Shown here one piece after another: positions 10,095 through 19,747 of a stretch of DNA of 46,871 nt. Below the pieces are notes generated by a model. It made no database searches and had not been told where the DNA came from. It worked only from the letters and a program-made list of their open reading frames with translations. Location of the stretch: positions 1 through 46,871 of the forward strand of contig JAYODI010000041.1 of the NCBI GenBank assembly GCA_038279365.1, read 5' to 3'. The DNA comes from Candidatus Latescibacterota bacterium (GTDB taxonomy: Bacteria; Latescibacterota; UBA2968). The translations under genes were made by a program, and so were the position numbers. Position 1 is the first letter of the stretch; every line of letters begins with the position of its first letter.

Positions 10095-10955
10095 TTAAGG
10101 TGTGCGCGGTTTTTTAAGCACTTTTTCATAAATGGAGTCAACAGCGGTTTGCAATAGGTTGAGTGCATTCTGCTGGCTGTCTAACTCTTGTTTGAGTGCC
10201 GATTCCATACCTTTTTGGGCTTGCTGAAGGCGGGTTTCTGTTTCTTTGATTTGCACTTGTAAACGATTGGCCTCGGCGGTTTTTGCGGCCAACTGTTCTT
10301 TGGTTTGTGTAAGTGTTTGTTGGGTTTTGTCAAGATTTTGCTGTGTTTGGTGGAGGTCTTGCTGAGTTTGTTGATGATTTTGTTGGGCCTGTTGCAAATT
10401 GGTTAAGGCTGTTTGCAGATCGCGTTTGACGGTGGTTAGGTTTTGTTTTTCTTCTTCCAAACGGGTTCGTGTCGTGGCGTGGGTGGCGCGTTCAGTGTTG
10501 AGACTGTCGAGATAAGCTTGGTGCGCAGCTGCCTCTTGGTCGCGTTGGGCTTGGGTGTTTTTGAGCTGTGTTTTGGTGTTGGTCAAGTCTTCGCGTGTGC
10601 GTGTGTGTTCGGCACGTTCTGTTTGCAAGTGGCCTCGGATTTCCATTTCGGATTGGGTTAATTCGGCTTTTTCATTGAGCTGTGCCATAATGCGTTCGGT
10701 TTGTTGTCCGAGCTTGTCCCTAAAGGTATTGAGTTCTTGGTTGAGACGTGTTTGCGTGCTTTCAAGCGCATTTTTTTGTTGTGTGAGAGCGGTTTGTAAA
10801 ACAATAAAAATGAGTGCAGCTGAAACAACACTCACATAGCCGCCCAGCGCTAAAAAATGTTTGTCTTGCAGCGGTTGGACCCATTTGAGCAGAGCAAAAA
10901 CACCCCCCCAAATAAGCAGGAGTGCGACCAAGATAACGATGAGGATGATGGACAT
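10095..10955 (-). CDS. Membrane-anchored (2 TM) long coiled-coil protein, unknown function
   Basis: Two hydrophobic N-terminal helices, then Q/T/L-rich heptads to the C-terminus. Confidence 0.75.
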   Translation of the reverse strand: MSIILIVILVALLLIWGGVFALLKWVQPLQDKHFLALGGYVSVVSAALIFIVLQTALTQQKNALESTQTRLNQELNTFRDKLGQQTERIMAQLNEKAELTQSEMEIRGHLQTERAEHTRTREDLTNTKTQLKNTQAQRDQEAAAHQAYLDSLNTERATHATTRTRLEEEKQNLTTVKRDLQTALTNLQQAQQNHQQTQQDLHQTQQNLDKTQQTLTQTKEQLAAKTAEANRLQVQIKETETRLQQAQKGMESALKQELDSQQNALNLLQTAVDSIYEKVLKKPRTP

Positions 10956-10995
10956 AAAAAGCCTTTTGATGCGTGAAGTCTGAAGTGGTAATGGG

Positions 10996-11847
10996 CTATT
11001 TTTTTAACACGGCCAAAATAGGTTGCCCGCGTAATGTGGGTTCTGTAAAGGTGATGGCAAAGGCCCCATTGGATTGTTGCAAATCGTACTCTTTGCCTTT
11101 GTCGAGTTTGCCATGGCGATCTGCAAGGGCTTCTAACGCTCCTTGTAAAGAGAAGGGCGTGTTGAGCGAAACGCGATACACACCATTGGGCAAGTCACCA
11201 TTGCTGACTTCGGGAAAGTTGATGATGCGATAGTCTTTGCTAAAAAGAGCTGGTCGCCACGCTTTGAGATAACCAGCTTGCTTGAGCGCATCTTCCGTGC
11301 CGACATACAACAAGACCGAATTCATGGTTTCTTTCATTTGCTCAACCTGTTTCATCGCGACTTCGAGGTTGCTCTCCAATCGACCAATGCGAACCGTTTT
11401 GGTATAGAGTTGGTCGTTTAGACTGTCCATTTGAGATTTCATTACAGCAACCTGTGCCAGAGCTTTTTCTTTGTCTGCTACTGCGATATCTTTTTCGGCA
11501 CGAACCTGCTGAATTTCTGTAGACAGTTTGCGATTGAGTTCGCGTTGTTCGGAATACAATTTTTGGTATTCTCTGAGTTCGCCCGTGACGCGTTGCAAGG
11601 CACTAACCAGGGTTTTGTTAGACGTCTGTGCGGTATCAAGTTGGGTGCGAATGAGGTCTATGCGGTTATTGAGACCATCGACAACGTTGGTGAGCGAATC
11701 GACCTGGCCCGTGTACATTGAAATTTCTTGTTCCATTTGTAAGACAAGTGGGTCTACTTCGGGTGTTTTGGGTAGGAAGGCAAATATGATTATGGCCAAG
11801 GAAACCGCTGCAATGCCTACGCCGATGATGATGTTTTTTTTGTTCAT
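10996..11847 (-). CDS. Single-TM coiled-coil protein with globular C-terminal domain, resembling Bacteroidetes Cbp1-like proteins
   Basis: MNKKNIII + TM helix, long coiled coil, then YVGTEDALKQAG; ATG 11847 follows a GGAGA RBS; family assignment tentative. Confidence 0.65.
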   Translation of the reverse strand: MNKKNIIIGVGIAAVSLAIIIFAFLPKTPEVDPLVLQMEQEISMYTGQVDSLTNVVDGLNNRIDLIRTQLDTAQTSNKTLVSALQRVTGELREYQKLYSEQRELNRKLSTEIQQVRAEKDIAVADKEKALAQVAVMKSQMDSLNDQLYTKTVRIGRLESNLEVAMKQVEQMKETMNSVLLYVGTEDALKQAGYLKAWRPALFSKDYRIINFPEVSNGDLPNGVYRVSLNTPFSLQGALEALADRHGKLDKGKEYDLQQSNGAFAITFTEPTLRGQPILAVLKK

Positions 11848-12050
11848 GTTACAAATCTCCACGGGTAAAGTGATGCATACAAAATGGCAGGGAGTAAGAC
11901 AATAATATGGTATTTTAAGTGAATGACAACATAAAAAATAAAATAATATGGTTTGGTGTTCAAGCATTGTCGTGATGTTACATTGTGTGGTGGTTGGTTG
12001 CAGACCATCCTAATGATTGTTGATGAAAATTTTGAACAAAGAGGGTTTTG

Positions 12051-14273
12051 ATGGCAGATATGGGGCATAGCGGTGGGCACGGTTTTGGAACAGCACCTGT
12101 GTTTTTGGCGGCGATTTGCACAATTTTGGGTGCTGTTTTGTATTTGCGCTTTGGATATGGAGTGGCTCACGCGGGATTAGGTGGGGTGTTGTTGATTGTG
12201 TTGATTGGGCATTGTATTACGATACCTACAGCACTGGCGGTTTCTGAAATTGCAACCAACATTAAGGTAGAAGGGGGGGGCGAATATTTCATTATCAGCC
12301 GGTCTTTTGGCACGACGATTGGCGCAGCAATTGGCATTTCGTTGTATTTGTCGCAAGCTGTTTCTGTGGCCTTTTATATGATTGCATTTGCCGAAGCTTT
12401 TCGCCCGCTGTTTCCTTGGATACAAGAACAAATTGGCTGGCTTCCTGACCCGCGTATGATCAGTTTGCCAGCCACATTGTTTCTTATTGGGTTGATGTTG
12501 ACCAAAGGTGCCGACTTGGGGGTTAAAGCATTGTGGGGGGTGGCGGTTATTTTGGCCATCTCTCTCACGTTATTTTTCTTTGGGAATACGCCAGATAGCC
12601 GACCTTTAAGTGGTATTGATTTTACGGCTATTTTGAGTAATCACGATGATTTTGCAACGGTGTTTGCCATCGTGTTTCCGGCATTTACAGGGATGACGGC
12701 TGGTGTTGGTTTGTCGGGTGATTTGGCCAACCCCAGAAAGTCGATTCCTTTGGGTACTTTGGCGGCCACACTGGTGGGCATGGTGATGTATGTGTTGGTC
12801 ACCATTAAATTGCATTTGAGTGCCACACCCGAGGCAATGGCGGCCAATCCGTTGATTATGGCAGACATTGCCATTTGGGGGCCCATTATTCCAATTGGTT
12901 TGGGTGCCGCCACATTGTCTTCAGCTGTGGGTTCGCTTTTGATTGCACCTCGCACCTTGCAGGCCTTGGCCAATGATCGGGTTTTTCCTGCGGGGAATGG
13001 TTTTTTGTCTCAAGGCAGAGGAGCGGCGAATGAACCTTCAAATGCGACACTGGTTTCGGGGACGTTGGCTGTGATTTTTGTTGCGATGGGTGATGTGGAT
13101 TTTGTTGCACAAATTATCAGTATGTTTTTTATGGTAACATATGGGGCGTTGTGTGGCATTTCGTTTTTGGAGCACTTTGCAGGCAATCCATCTTACCGGC
13201 CTTCGTTTCGGTCTAAGTGGTATTTGTCATTGGCTGGATCGGTTTTGTGTTTTGTGATGATGTTTCAAATGTCGGTGGTTTATGCGATTTTGGCTTTGTG
13301 TGTGATGTTGGCCATTTATTGGGGTGTGCGCAGTACCCAAAAAGAAGCACGGGGTTTGGCCTCTATTTTTCAAGGGGTCAGTTTTCAACTGACGCGTTGG
13401 TTGCAAATCTTTTTACAACGCAACAGCATGACCTTTCAAGAGTTTAGTTGGCGCCCCTCCTTTATTGCCATTTCTCGGCACACGACCGAACGGTTGGCCC
13501 CTTTTGAATTATTAAAATGGTTTTCTTATCAACAGGGTTTTGGCACTTTTATCCACTATGCTGAAGGATATTTGTCTCGTGAAAAAGTAGAAGACACACA
13601 GCGTATTTTGTCGCATATGATTTCACAAACAGAGGCAAGTGGTTCGGGTATATTTGTAGATACGATGGTTTCACCTTCTTTTGTTACTGCACTGGCGCAA
13701 AGCATCCAGATGCCAGGGGTATCGGGTTTGGATAACAACAGTGTGTTGTTTGAATTTGATCGGGCTCATGTAGAAGAAGTGGAAGAGGTTGTGAAGGGAT
13801 GTTTGTTGGTAGGTGGTTTGGGTTATAATACATGCGTGTTGCGTGCAACCGAACATCATTTTGGATATAAACAACGGCTTCATGTTTGGCTGACGCGATA
13901 TGATGATGCCAATGCCAATTTGATGATCTTGCTGGCGTATATTATTTTGGGGCATCCCGATTGGAAAAATGCGGAGATTACCATTTTTGTAACGGTGCCT
14001 TCTGATCTGTTACATGAGCAAGTGGCCGATTTGAATGAACGTATTGCTTCGGGGCGGTTGCCCATTTCTGCGCGCAACGTACGACCATTGGCGGCGGATG
14101 ATGATGTGGCATTGGGGGCACAAGTGGCCGAACATTCTGGCAATGCCGACCTGGTGGTGGTGGGATACAATTTGGATTTGTTGGAACACAAGGGGGCCGA
14201 TATGTTTACGGCCTATAACGTACCGGCGGATGTTTTGTTTGTGAATGCCCAAGAGGAGATTGTTATTTCATGA
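12051..14273 (+). CDS. SLC12/cation-chloride cotransporter (CCC)-like APC transporter with cytoplasmic C-terminal domain
   Basis: GGGEYFIISRSFG, FAIVFPAFTGMTAGVGLSGDLANPRKSIPLGTL, APRTLQALAND, PSYRPSF, WRPS match NKCC/KCC signature segments. Confidence 0.9.
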   Translation: MADMGHSGGHGFGTAPVFLAAICTILGAVLYLRFGYGVAHAGLGGVLLIVLIGHCITIPTALAVSEIATNIKVEGGGEYFIISRSFGTTIGAAIGISLYLSQAVSVAFYMIAFAEAFRPLFPWIQEQIGWLPDPRMISLPATLFLIGLMLTKGADLGVKALWGVAVILAISLTLFFFGNTPDSRPLSGIDFTAILSNHDDFATVFAIVFPAFTGMTAGVGLSGDLANPRKSIPLGTLAATLVGMVMYVLVTIKLHLSATPEAMAANPLIMADIAIWGPIIPIGLGAATLSSAVGSLLIAPRTLQALANDRVFPAGNGFLSQGRGAANEPSNATLVSGTLAVIFVAMGDVDFVAQIISMFFMVTYGALCGISFLEHFAGNPSYRPSFRSKWYLSLAGSVLCFVMMFQMSVVYAILALCVMLAIYWGVRSTQKEARGLASIFQGVSFQLTRWLQIFLQRNSMTFQEFSWRPSFIAISRHTTERLAPFELLKWFSYQQGFGTFIHYAEGYLSREKVEDTQRILSHMISQTEASGSGIFVDTMVSPSFVTALAQSIQMPGVSGLDNNSVLFEFDRAHVEEVEEVVKGCLLVGGLGYNTCVLRATEHHFGYKQRLHVWLTRYDDANANLMILLAYIILGHPDWKNAEITIFVTVPSDLLHEQVADLNERIASGRLPISARNVRPLAADDDVALGAQVAEHSGNADLVVVGYNLDLLEHKGADMFTAYNVPADVLFVNAQEEIVIS

Positions 14274-15511
14274 CGTCTTCTTTAGAAGCACCTTCTGTTT
14301 CTTCTCAAAATTCTGTTGCAGCGGTTTTGTTGGTGGGAATTGCTGCAGGTTTTTTGCTGTGTGGTTATGAGTTGGTGCGCAGTGTGTCTGTATCTCTTTT
14401 TATAGATACCTATGGCGCACATCGGTTGCCCATTGTGATGGCCTTGTCTCCTGTGGGGCTTTTTGTGATGTTGTGGGGATATGGCAAGTTGCTTTCGGCT
14501 AAAGGCACGCGCAACACGTTGTTGATCACGACGGTTCTTTCGGGGGCGGGGATTTTGGCCAGTTATTTTGCCATTGTGTCCAACTGGTCGATTGCGTTGG
14601 GTGTTCTTTATATCTTGCGTGAAGCGTATATTGTTTTAATCATTGAGCAATATTGGTCTTTTATCAACAGCACACTTAATGACAAACAAGCTCAAAAACT
14701 CAATGGGCCGATTTGTGGCATTGCATCTGTTGGGGCAATTTGTGGTGGGCTTTTGGTGGGTTTTTTGGCACAGCGTTTGGGCAGTGACACTTTGTTGATA
14801 TTTGCTGCCTTTTCTTTGATTCCTGCAGCGGGTATGGCGTGGTGGGCATATGGATTGGGTGGCGAACCGAAGGATGAAGAAACGGGGCAGACTAAGGGCA
14901 CATTGGCCTTGGGTTTGTTTGGGCAAAATCGCACTTTGATTTACTTGGCTTTGTTGATTACGGCAACGCAGGCTGTATCAACGGTTTTGGATTTGCGGTT
15001 TAGTGGTTTATTGGAAATGACCAAGCCTTTAAAAGATGAGCGCACGGCTTTTATGGGGCACTTTTATGCATTGCTCAATGGTTTGGCATTTGTGTTTCAA
15101 TTTGTTGTGGCTCCGCTCCTTTTGCGATTTTTGTCTTTGCGAAGCGTACATCTCCTGATGCCAGCCGTGCATTTGCTCACATGTTCTGTGTTGTTGGTTT
15201 ACCCCACATTGTTTACTGGGGCACTTGCTTATTTGGTGTTTAAGGTTGTAGACTATTCGGTTTTTCGTGCCAGTAAAGAAATTTTATATATCCCCTTGTC
15301 TTTTGATGCGCGCTACCGTGCCAAAGAAGTCATTGATGCTTTTGTGTATCGCGGTGCCAAAGGTGCGTTGTCTGGGATTTTTGCAATGTTGGGGGCGGTG
15401 TTTGGACGGTTACCAGGCTTTTTTTATCCGGGAGTTGCATTGGGAATGATTGTGATTTGGGGTGGTTTGGGATATGGTTTGACGACACCGCAAGAAGAAA
15501 CGACGGAGTAG
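14270..15511 (+). CDS. NTT/TLC (Npt1/Npt2-like) MFS transporter
   Basis: About 12 TM helices; QYWSFINS and DYSVFRASKEILYIPLSFDARYRAKEVIDAFVYRG typical of the ATP/ADP translocase-like family; ATGA overlap with the CCC gene. Confidence 0.8.
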   Translation: MTSSLEAPSVSSQNSVAAVLLVGIAAGFLLCGYELVRSVSVSLFIDTYGAHRLPIVMALSPVGLFVMLWGYGKLLSAKGTRNTLLITTVLSGAGILASYFAIVSNWSIALGVLYILREAYIVLIIEQYWSFINSTLNDKQAQKLNGPICGIASVGAICGGLLVGFLAQRLGSDTLLIFAAFSLIPAAGMAWWAYGLGGEPKDEETGQTKGTLALGLFGQNRTLIYLALLITATQAVSTVLDLRFSGLLEMTKPLKDERTAFMGHFYALLNGLAFVFQFVVAPLLLRFLSLRSVHLLMPAVHLLTCSVLLVYPTLFTGALAYLVFKVVDYSVFRASKEILYIPLSFDARYRAKEVIDAFVYRGAKGALSGIFAMLGAVFGRLPGFFYPGVALGMIVIWGGLGYGLTTPQEETTE

Positions 15512-15599
15512 GTTGTTGCATAAATGATGCATTTCATGATTTGACTGTGGTGTCATGTGTGATGGGTGAAAACATTGTTTTTTAGAGGTGAAGATCAAA

Positions 15600-18326
15600 A
15601 TGAGTTCTCGAAAAGGCATTTGGGTTGGTGTGGGTGTTTTGGTGTTTATGATGATCTTGCTGATGGGTTTGAAGCTCTATTTCCATTCAGACCGTTTACG
15701 GGCATTGCTTATCCCTCAGATGTCTCAAGCGCTGAAGCGCTCTGTTGTGCTTGAAGATGTGGGGTTGGGATTTTGGGGTGGTGTGCATGTGTCGGTGTTA
15801 GGACTACAAGTTGCAGAGCGCTCAGGGTTTGGAAATCAACCTTTTTTGCGTGTGGATGAAGCAGATATCTTTGTCGATTTTTGGCCTTTGTTACGGGGGA
15901 ATGTGGTTATTCAAAAAATAGACTTGGTTGCCCCTCAAATATCTGTGGTGATCCTGGAAAATGGCGATGCGAATTATGCAGATTTGTCTCAAAGCTCGGA
16001 AGAGGGCTCTGGTGACAAAACTGCTTTTTTTGTGCACGATGTGGTTATTGCTGACGGTACCATTTTGTATGCCGATTTGGGTAAAAAAACAAATATCCAA
16101 CTTGCGGATATTGATTATACACTTGTAATGACGCAAGCAGAAACGGGTGGGCATTTTAAGGGTGATTTGTCTATTGGTCGTGTGGGGTGGCAACAAGAAG
16201 GACAACGTGACACATTGGACACTGGGGTATTGCGTTTGACACATCAGTTGTACTTAGAGGATGATGTTTGGACTGTAAGTGCTTTGGGGGTGAATTGGGC
16301 AGGATTAACAGTGACGGCATCTGGGCAGGTAAAAGTGCTTGAAACGGGTTTGGACTTGGATTTGAAGATTGAAGAACCGGGGTTAAATTTAGGAACCACG
16401 AAGTTGCGTGAGCTTGCCCAATTGCCTCTTGATATAACAGGGAACGCTTCGTTGAACATGCATGTAAGTGGTTTGTTAAATGTGGATAATGTCCCTTCAC
16501 AATATCCCGACGTAGATGGTCACATGTTGTTGTCGGGTGTGACTGTTTCTGGTGAAGGATTACAAGAAACGCATATTGATACAGCCACATTGAACTTAAC
16601 GGGTGGTGTGTTGTTGTTGGAGAGGTTGAATGGAAAAGCTTTGGGTGGGCAATTTTCAGTTTCAGGTCGTGTGTCACCTATATGGCCGCCTCTTGTGGAT
16701 AAACGGTTGGCTGTGACCATCGATGCCCAAACGGATGTATTAAAACTTGCTGAAAATGAGAAGCAAGCATCTTCAACACAAGAACAAGCATCTTCTGCTG
16801 ATGGTATCGTGAATGGGTTGCGGATGTTGGATGCGCGTTTGTCTGTGAAAATAGGTCATTTGTCTATGACGGGTTTGGATGCCCGCGAGATTGAAACGCA
16901 TATAACGCTTACAGATGGGCAACTTAATGTTGGTGTGTTGCAAGGAAAAGTGTATGGTGGTTCGGTGCGTGTTGCGGGTGTATTGGATGTGCGATCTCAT
17001 CACAAACAGTTTCCTGTTGAGCTGGTTACAACCGCAAATAATCTACAACTCAAACCTTTGTTCGGCACAACTGACACCGAGGTTGATGGCCAGTTGGCGG
17101 TTGATTTGCGTACCCAGGGTTTTTTGGATGCAACCTTAAATCCTGTATTTCAAAAGGGCAAGTATTCTGTGTTGGGCAACGCATCGTTACAAAATGGCCT
17201 ACTCAAAACACCTGAGTTGTTGGTACCTGTTGATTCTCTTGCCATGTCGGTTGCATTTGTGCAAGGCAATGTGTTTCGCATTGGGCGGTTGGTGGCACGT
17301 GCGGGTGAAAGCGATCTTACTCTGACGGGGCGTATGGACGGACTTTTGGATTATGTTCTTGATGCCCAATCAAAGGTGCGACCCTATGCTGTGGCCCGCG
17401 TTGAGGCGCGTGTGTTAAATTTAGATGCCCTGTTTCCCGTGACCATGCCCACAGACGGTGATCAGACCTCGGGACTGCTTACGGGTATACGTTTGGCTGA
17501 TGGACGTTTGGATGTTGCCATTGGGTCTTTGGTGAGTGACAGCACACGTTATACGGACTTTAAGGCCATTGCTGTTGCACAACATGGTATTTTGCAAGTA
17601 GATAGTATTCGGGCCAATACATTGGGTGGTGTGATGGTGGCACAAGCCGAAATAGATGGCAGGTTGAAAGGGTTGGTACCCGTGCGTGCAACGGCATCTT
17701 TGTCGCGCATTCAGGCAGAACGCTTTTTGCAAGGGTATATGCGTTGGCCCATTCCTATGTTTGGGCAGTTGGGCGTGTCGGTAAAAGTGGAAGGCCAAAT
17801 GGACTCGACCTTGACGCTTATTGAAAAAACCATTCGCGCCGATGGAGAGGCTCGCTTGGATGATGGGCGTGTGGTCAATTGGCCTTGGTTGCAAACGGCA
17901 TCGGGGTTTGTGCCAAACTTACAATTCTTGAGTTTTTCAGACATGCCCTTAAAGTCTTTGATTGCACCATTTAAAATGGATGATGGGCGTGTCTTTTTAA
18001 ACCAAATGGGTTTTCAGTCGGGGGATGTGGGTTTTCAGTTGGTGGGATCTGCGGGGATTGATGGTTCATTGGATATGGTTGTTGATGCCGATCTGCCAGT
18101 TTCGCGTTTGAACGTATCGGGCTTGGGGGTGGACAAACTGGTGGGGGCAAATCTGAAGCCCGATGCACGTATGCCTTTGCGCATCCAAATTGGGGGAACA
18201 TCAGACAAGCCCCAAATAGATGCCAAGTTGCAACCCAAAGCGCAAAAGGCATTGGAAGCCCAGTCGGAGGAAATAAAAGACAAAGTAAAAGATAAAACAA
18301 AGGGCTTGCTCAAATCTTTGTTTTAA
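15600..18326 (+). CDS. AsmA family protein
   Basis: N-terminal TM, VDFWPLLRGNVVIQKIDLVAPQI, repeated beta-taco segments (GKVYGG, GGVM), C-terminal PLRIQIGGTSDKPQI; GAGGTG RBS before ATG 15600. Confidence 0.85.
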   Translation: MSSRKGIWVGVGVLVFMMILLMGLKLYFHSDRLRALLIPQMSQALKRSVVLEDVGLGFWGGVHVSVLGLQVAERSGFGNQPFLRVDEADIFVDFWPLLRGNVVIQKIDLVAPQISVVILENGDANYADLSQSSEEGSGDKTAFFVHDVVIADGTILYADLGKKTNIQLADIDYTLVMTQAETGGHFKGDLSIGRVGWQQEGQRDTLDTGVLRLTHQLYLEDDVWTVSALGVNWAGLTVTASGQVKVLETGLDLDLKIEEPGLNLGTTKLRELAQLPLDITGNASLNMHVSGLLNVDNVPSQYPDVDGHMLLSGVTVSGEGLQETHIDTATLNLTGGVLLLERLNGKALGGQFSVSGRVSPIWPPLVDKRLAVTIDAQTDVLKLAENEKQASSTQEQASSADGIVNGLRMLDARLSVKIGHLSMTGLDAREIETHITLTDGQLNVGVLQGKVYGGSVRVAGVLDVRSHHKQFPVELVTTANNLQLKPLFGTTDTEVDGQLAVDLRTQGFLDATLNPVFQKGKYSVLGNASLQNGLLKTPELLVPVDSLAMSVAFVQGNVFRIGRLVARAGESDLTLTGRMDGLLDYVLDAQSKVRPYAVARVEARVLNLDALFPVTMPTDGDQTSGLLTGIRLADGRLDVAIGSLVSDSTRYTDFKAIAVAQHGILQVDSIRANTLGGVMVAQAEIDGRLKGLVPVRATASLSRIQAERFLQGYMRWPIPMFGQLGVSVKVEGQMDSTLTLIEKTIRADGEARLDDGRVVNWPWLQTASGFVPNLQFLSFSDMPLKSLIAPFKMDDGRVFLNQMGFQSGDVGFQLVGSAGIDGSLDMVVDADLPVSRLNVSGLGVDKLVGANLKPDARMPLRIQIGGTSDKPQIDAKLQPKAQKALEAQSEEIKDKVKDKTKGLLKSLF

Positions 18327-18345
18327 TTTCACGTTGGGAAAATTT

Positions 18346-18927
18346 ATGAATGAGTTTTTTTTGTGTTTTGTACCGCTCTTTGTTGCGGTAGACCCCCCTG
18401 GGATTTTACCTCTGTTTCTGTCATTGACCACCGACGTAGAAAAGACACGCAAGCGTCGTATGATCCTCCAATCGGTATTAACAGCATCGGGCGTGGCGTT
18501 GGTATTTTTGTTTTTGGGCAAAGTGGTGTTGAAGTATTTGGGGATTACCATTGCCGACTTTATGATAGCGGGGGGGGCATTGTTGTTTGTGTTGTCACTC
18601 AATGATTTGTTGGCATCAGATAAACCGCAGCGACGTGTGGCTTCTGAACATTTGGGTGCTGTGCCATTGGGGGTGCCATTAATTGTTGGGCCAGCTGTTT
18701 TAACAACGGCGATGTTGTTGGTAGACAAGCACGGTGTGTTGCCTGCAACAATTGCTGTCATTGCCAATATTTCTATTGCGGGTGGTGTTTTTTGGATGGC
18801 CGACGGGGTGATGCACATCTTGGGGCAAGCTGGGGCTAAGATTTTGTCGAAGTTGGCCAGTTTGCTGATGGCGGCAATTGCTGTGATGATGATTCGACAT
18901 GGTATAACGATGCTGGTGAGCCCCTGA
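18346..18927 (+). CDS. MarC family membrane protein
   Basis: LFVAVDPPG, FMIAGGALLF, VPLGVPLIVGPA, six TM helices. Confidence 0.92.
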   Translation: MNEFFLCFVPLFVAVDPPGILPLFLSLTTDVEKTRKRRMILQSVLTASGVALVFLFLGKVVLKYLGITIADFMIAGGALLFVLSLNDLLASDKPQRRVASEHLGAVPLGVPLIVGPAVLTTAMLLVDKHGVLPATIAVIANISIAGGVFWMADGVMHILGQAGAKILSKLASLLMAAIAVMMIRHGITMLVSP

Positions 18928-19161
18928 AAGGTGAAATTTTACTGAATAATAAGGATCGGCAAAAATTAGATAGAGTGGGCACGTTACACGGGTTTTGTTG
19001 GGTCATTGTTGTGCTGTCTATTTGTTTAACTTTTGCTGCCTGGTATTCTTCTAATTTAGTAATTTTATTTTTGTAAACTTTTTTTAAAAAACAGAAAAAA
19101 ACACCTTAAAGGGAAGGAGTTGCCGTATTTTATGATTCCATTCATCTTGTGCGCACTTGTA

Positions 19162-19174
19162 TAACTTGTTGAAA
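19162..19174. promoter_or_regulatory. Putative IHF binding site
   Basis: Reverse complement TTTCAACAAGTTA vs WATCAANNNNTTR (one mismatch), 30 bp upstream of a -24/-12 element. Confidence 0.5.
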
Positions 19175-19203
19175 TACTGGGCTTTGAGGAGGATTGGTCT
19201 TTT

Positions 19204-19219
19204 TGGCCTATGGTTTGCT
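19204..19219 (+). promoter_or_regulatory. Putative sigma54 (-24/-12) promoter
   Basis: TGGCCTATGGTTTGCT has exact GG-N10-GC spacing and TTGCT, 57 bp upstream of ATG 19276. Confidence 0.7.
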
Positions 19220-19275
19220 ACCTCTCCTGATATGAACGGAATTGATTCATTACATTATTGCGAGGAGATGTGTTG

Positions 19276-19629
19276 ATGGCAGACCACCCCATGTTTATGT
19301 CGGATGCCCCTGTTCAAGTTCCAACCTTTATGACACAAGTTCGGGATGATTTAAAACGCAAAAAAGAATTGCTTGCTGCTGCATGTCGGTGTTTGGCCGA
19401 TGAGCGCTCGTATCGTTTTTTTTGTCATTTGTCATCTGTTGCCGACTTGCCCGATGAAGAAAGGCTTTTGTTGTTGGATCAACTTGAAACGATAGCCGAT
19501 TATACAGAGCATGAGGTGGGTGCAATTCGGCGGTTGGTTTTGGGAGATGGTGCCAAAGCCTTTAAAGATTTGGTTGACTTGGTGCGTGATATTCGTGTGG
19601 ATCAAGAGATTGCGTGTATGTTAAAATAA
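19276..19629 (+). CDS. Small helical hypothetical protein (117 aa)
   Basis: GAGGAG RBS, own promoter and terminator; no family recognised. Confidence 0.75.
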   Translation: MADHPMFMSDAPVQVPTFMTQVRDDLKRKKELLAAACRCLADERSYRFFCHLSSVADLPDEERLLLLDQLETIADYTEHEVGAIRRLVLGDGAKAFKDLVDLVRDIRVDQEIACMLK

Positions 19630-19659
19630 ATATTCAAAAAATGGCTTTGTTGCTGGGCG

Positions 19660-19695
19660 AAAAGGAGATTGCTTTTAAGCAGTCTCCTTCTTTTA
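19660..19695 (+). terminator. Rho-independent terminator
   Basis: AAGGAGATTGCTT-TT-AAGCAGTCTCCTT followed by CTTTT. Confidence 0.75.
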
Positions 19696-19747
19696 TTATG
19701 TACTCTGATATGTTGGCTTGGACACACAAGTGAATGGGAGATGAAAG

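Noticed and set aside
16761..16800. Short direct repeat CAAGCATCTTC in the AsmA gene
   Set aside because: Low-complexity linker duplication (QASS twice) with no further significance evident.
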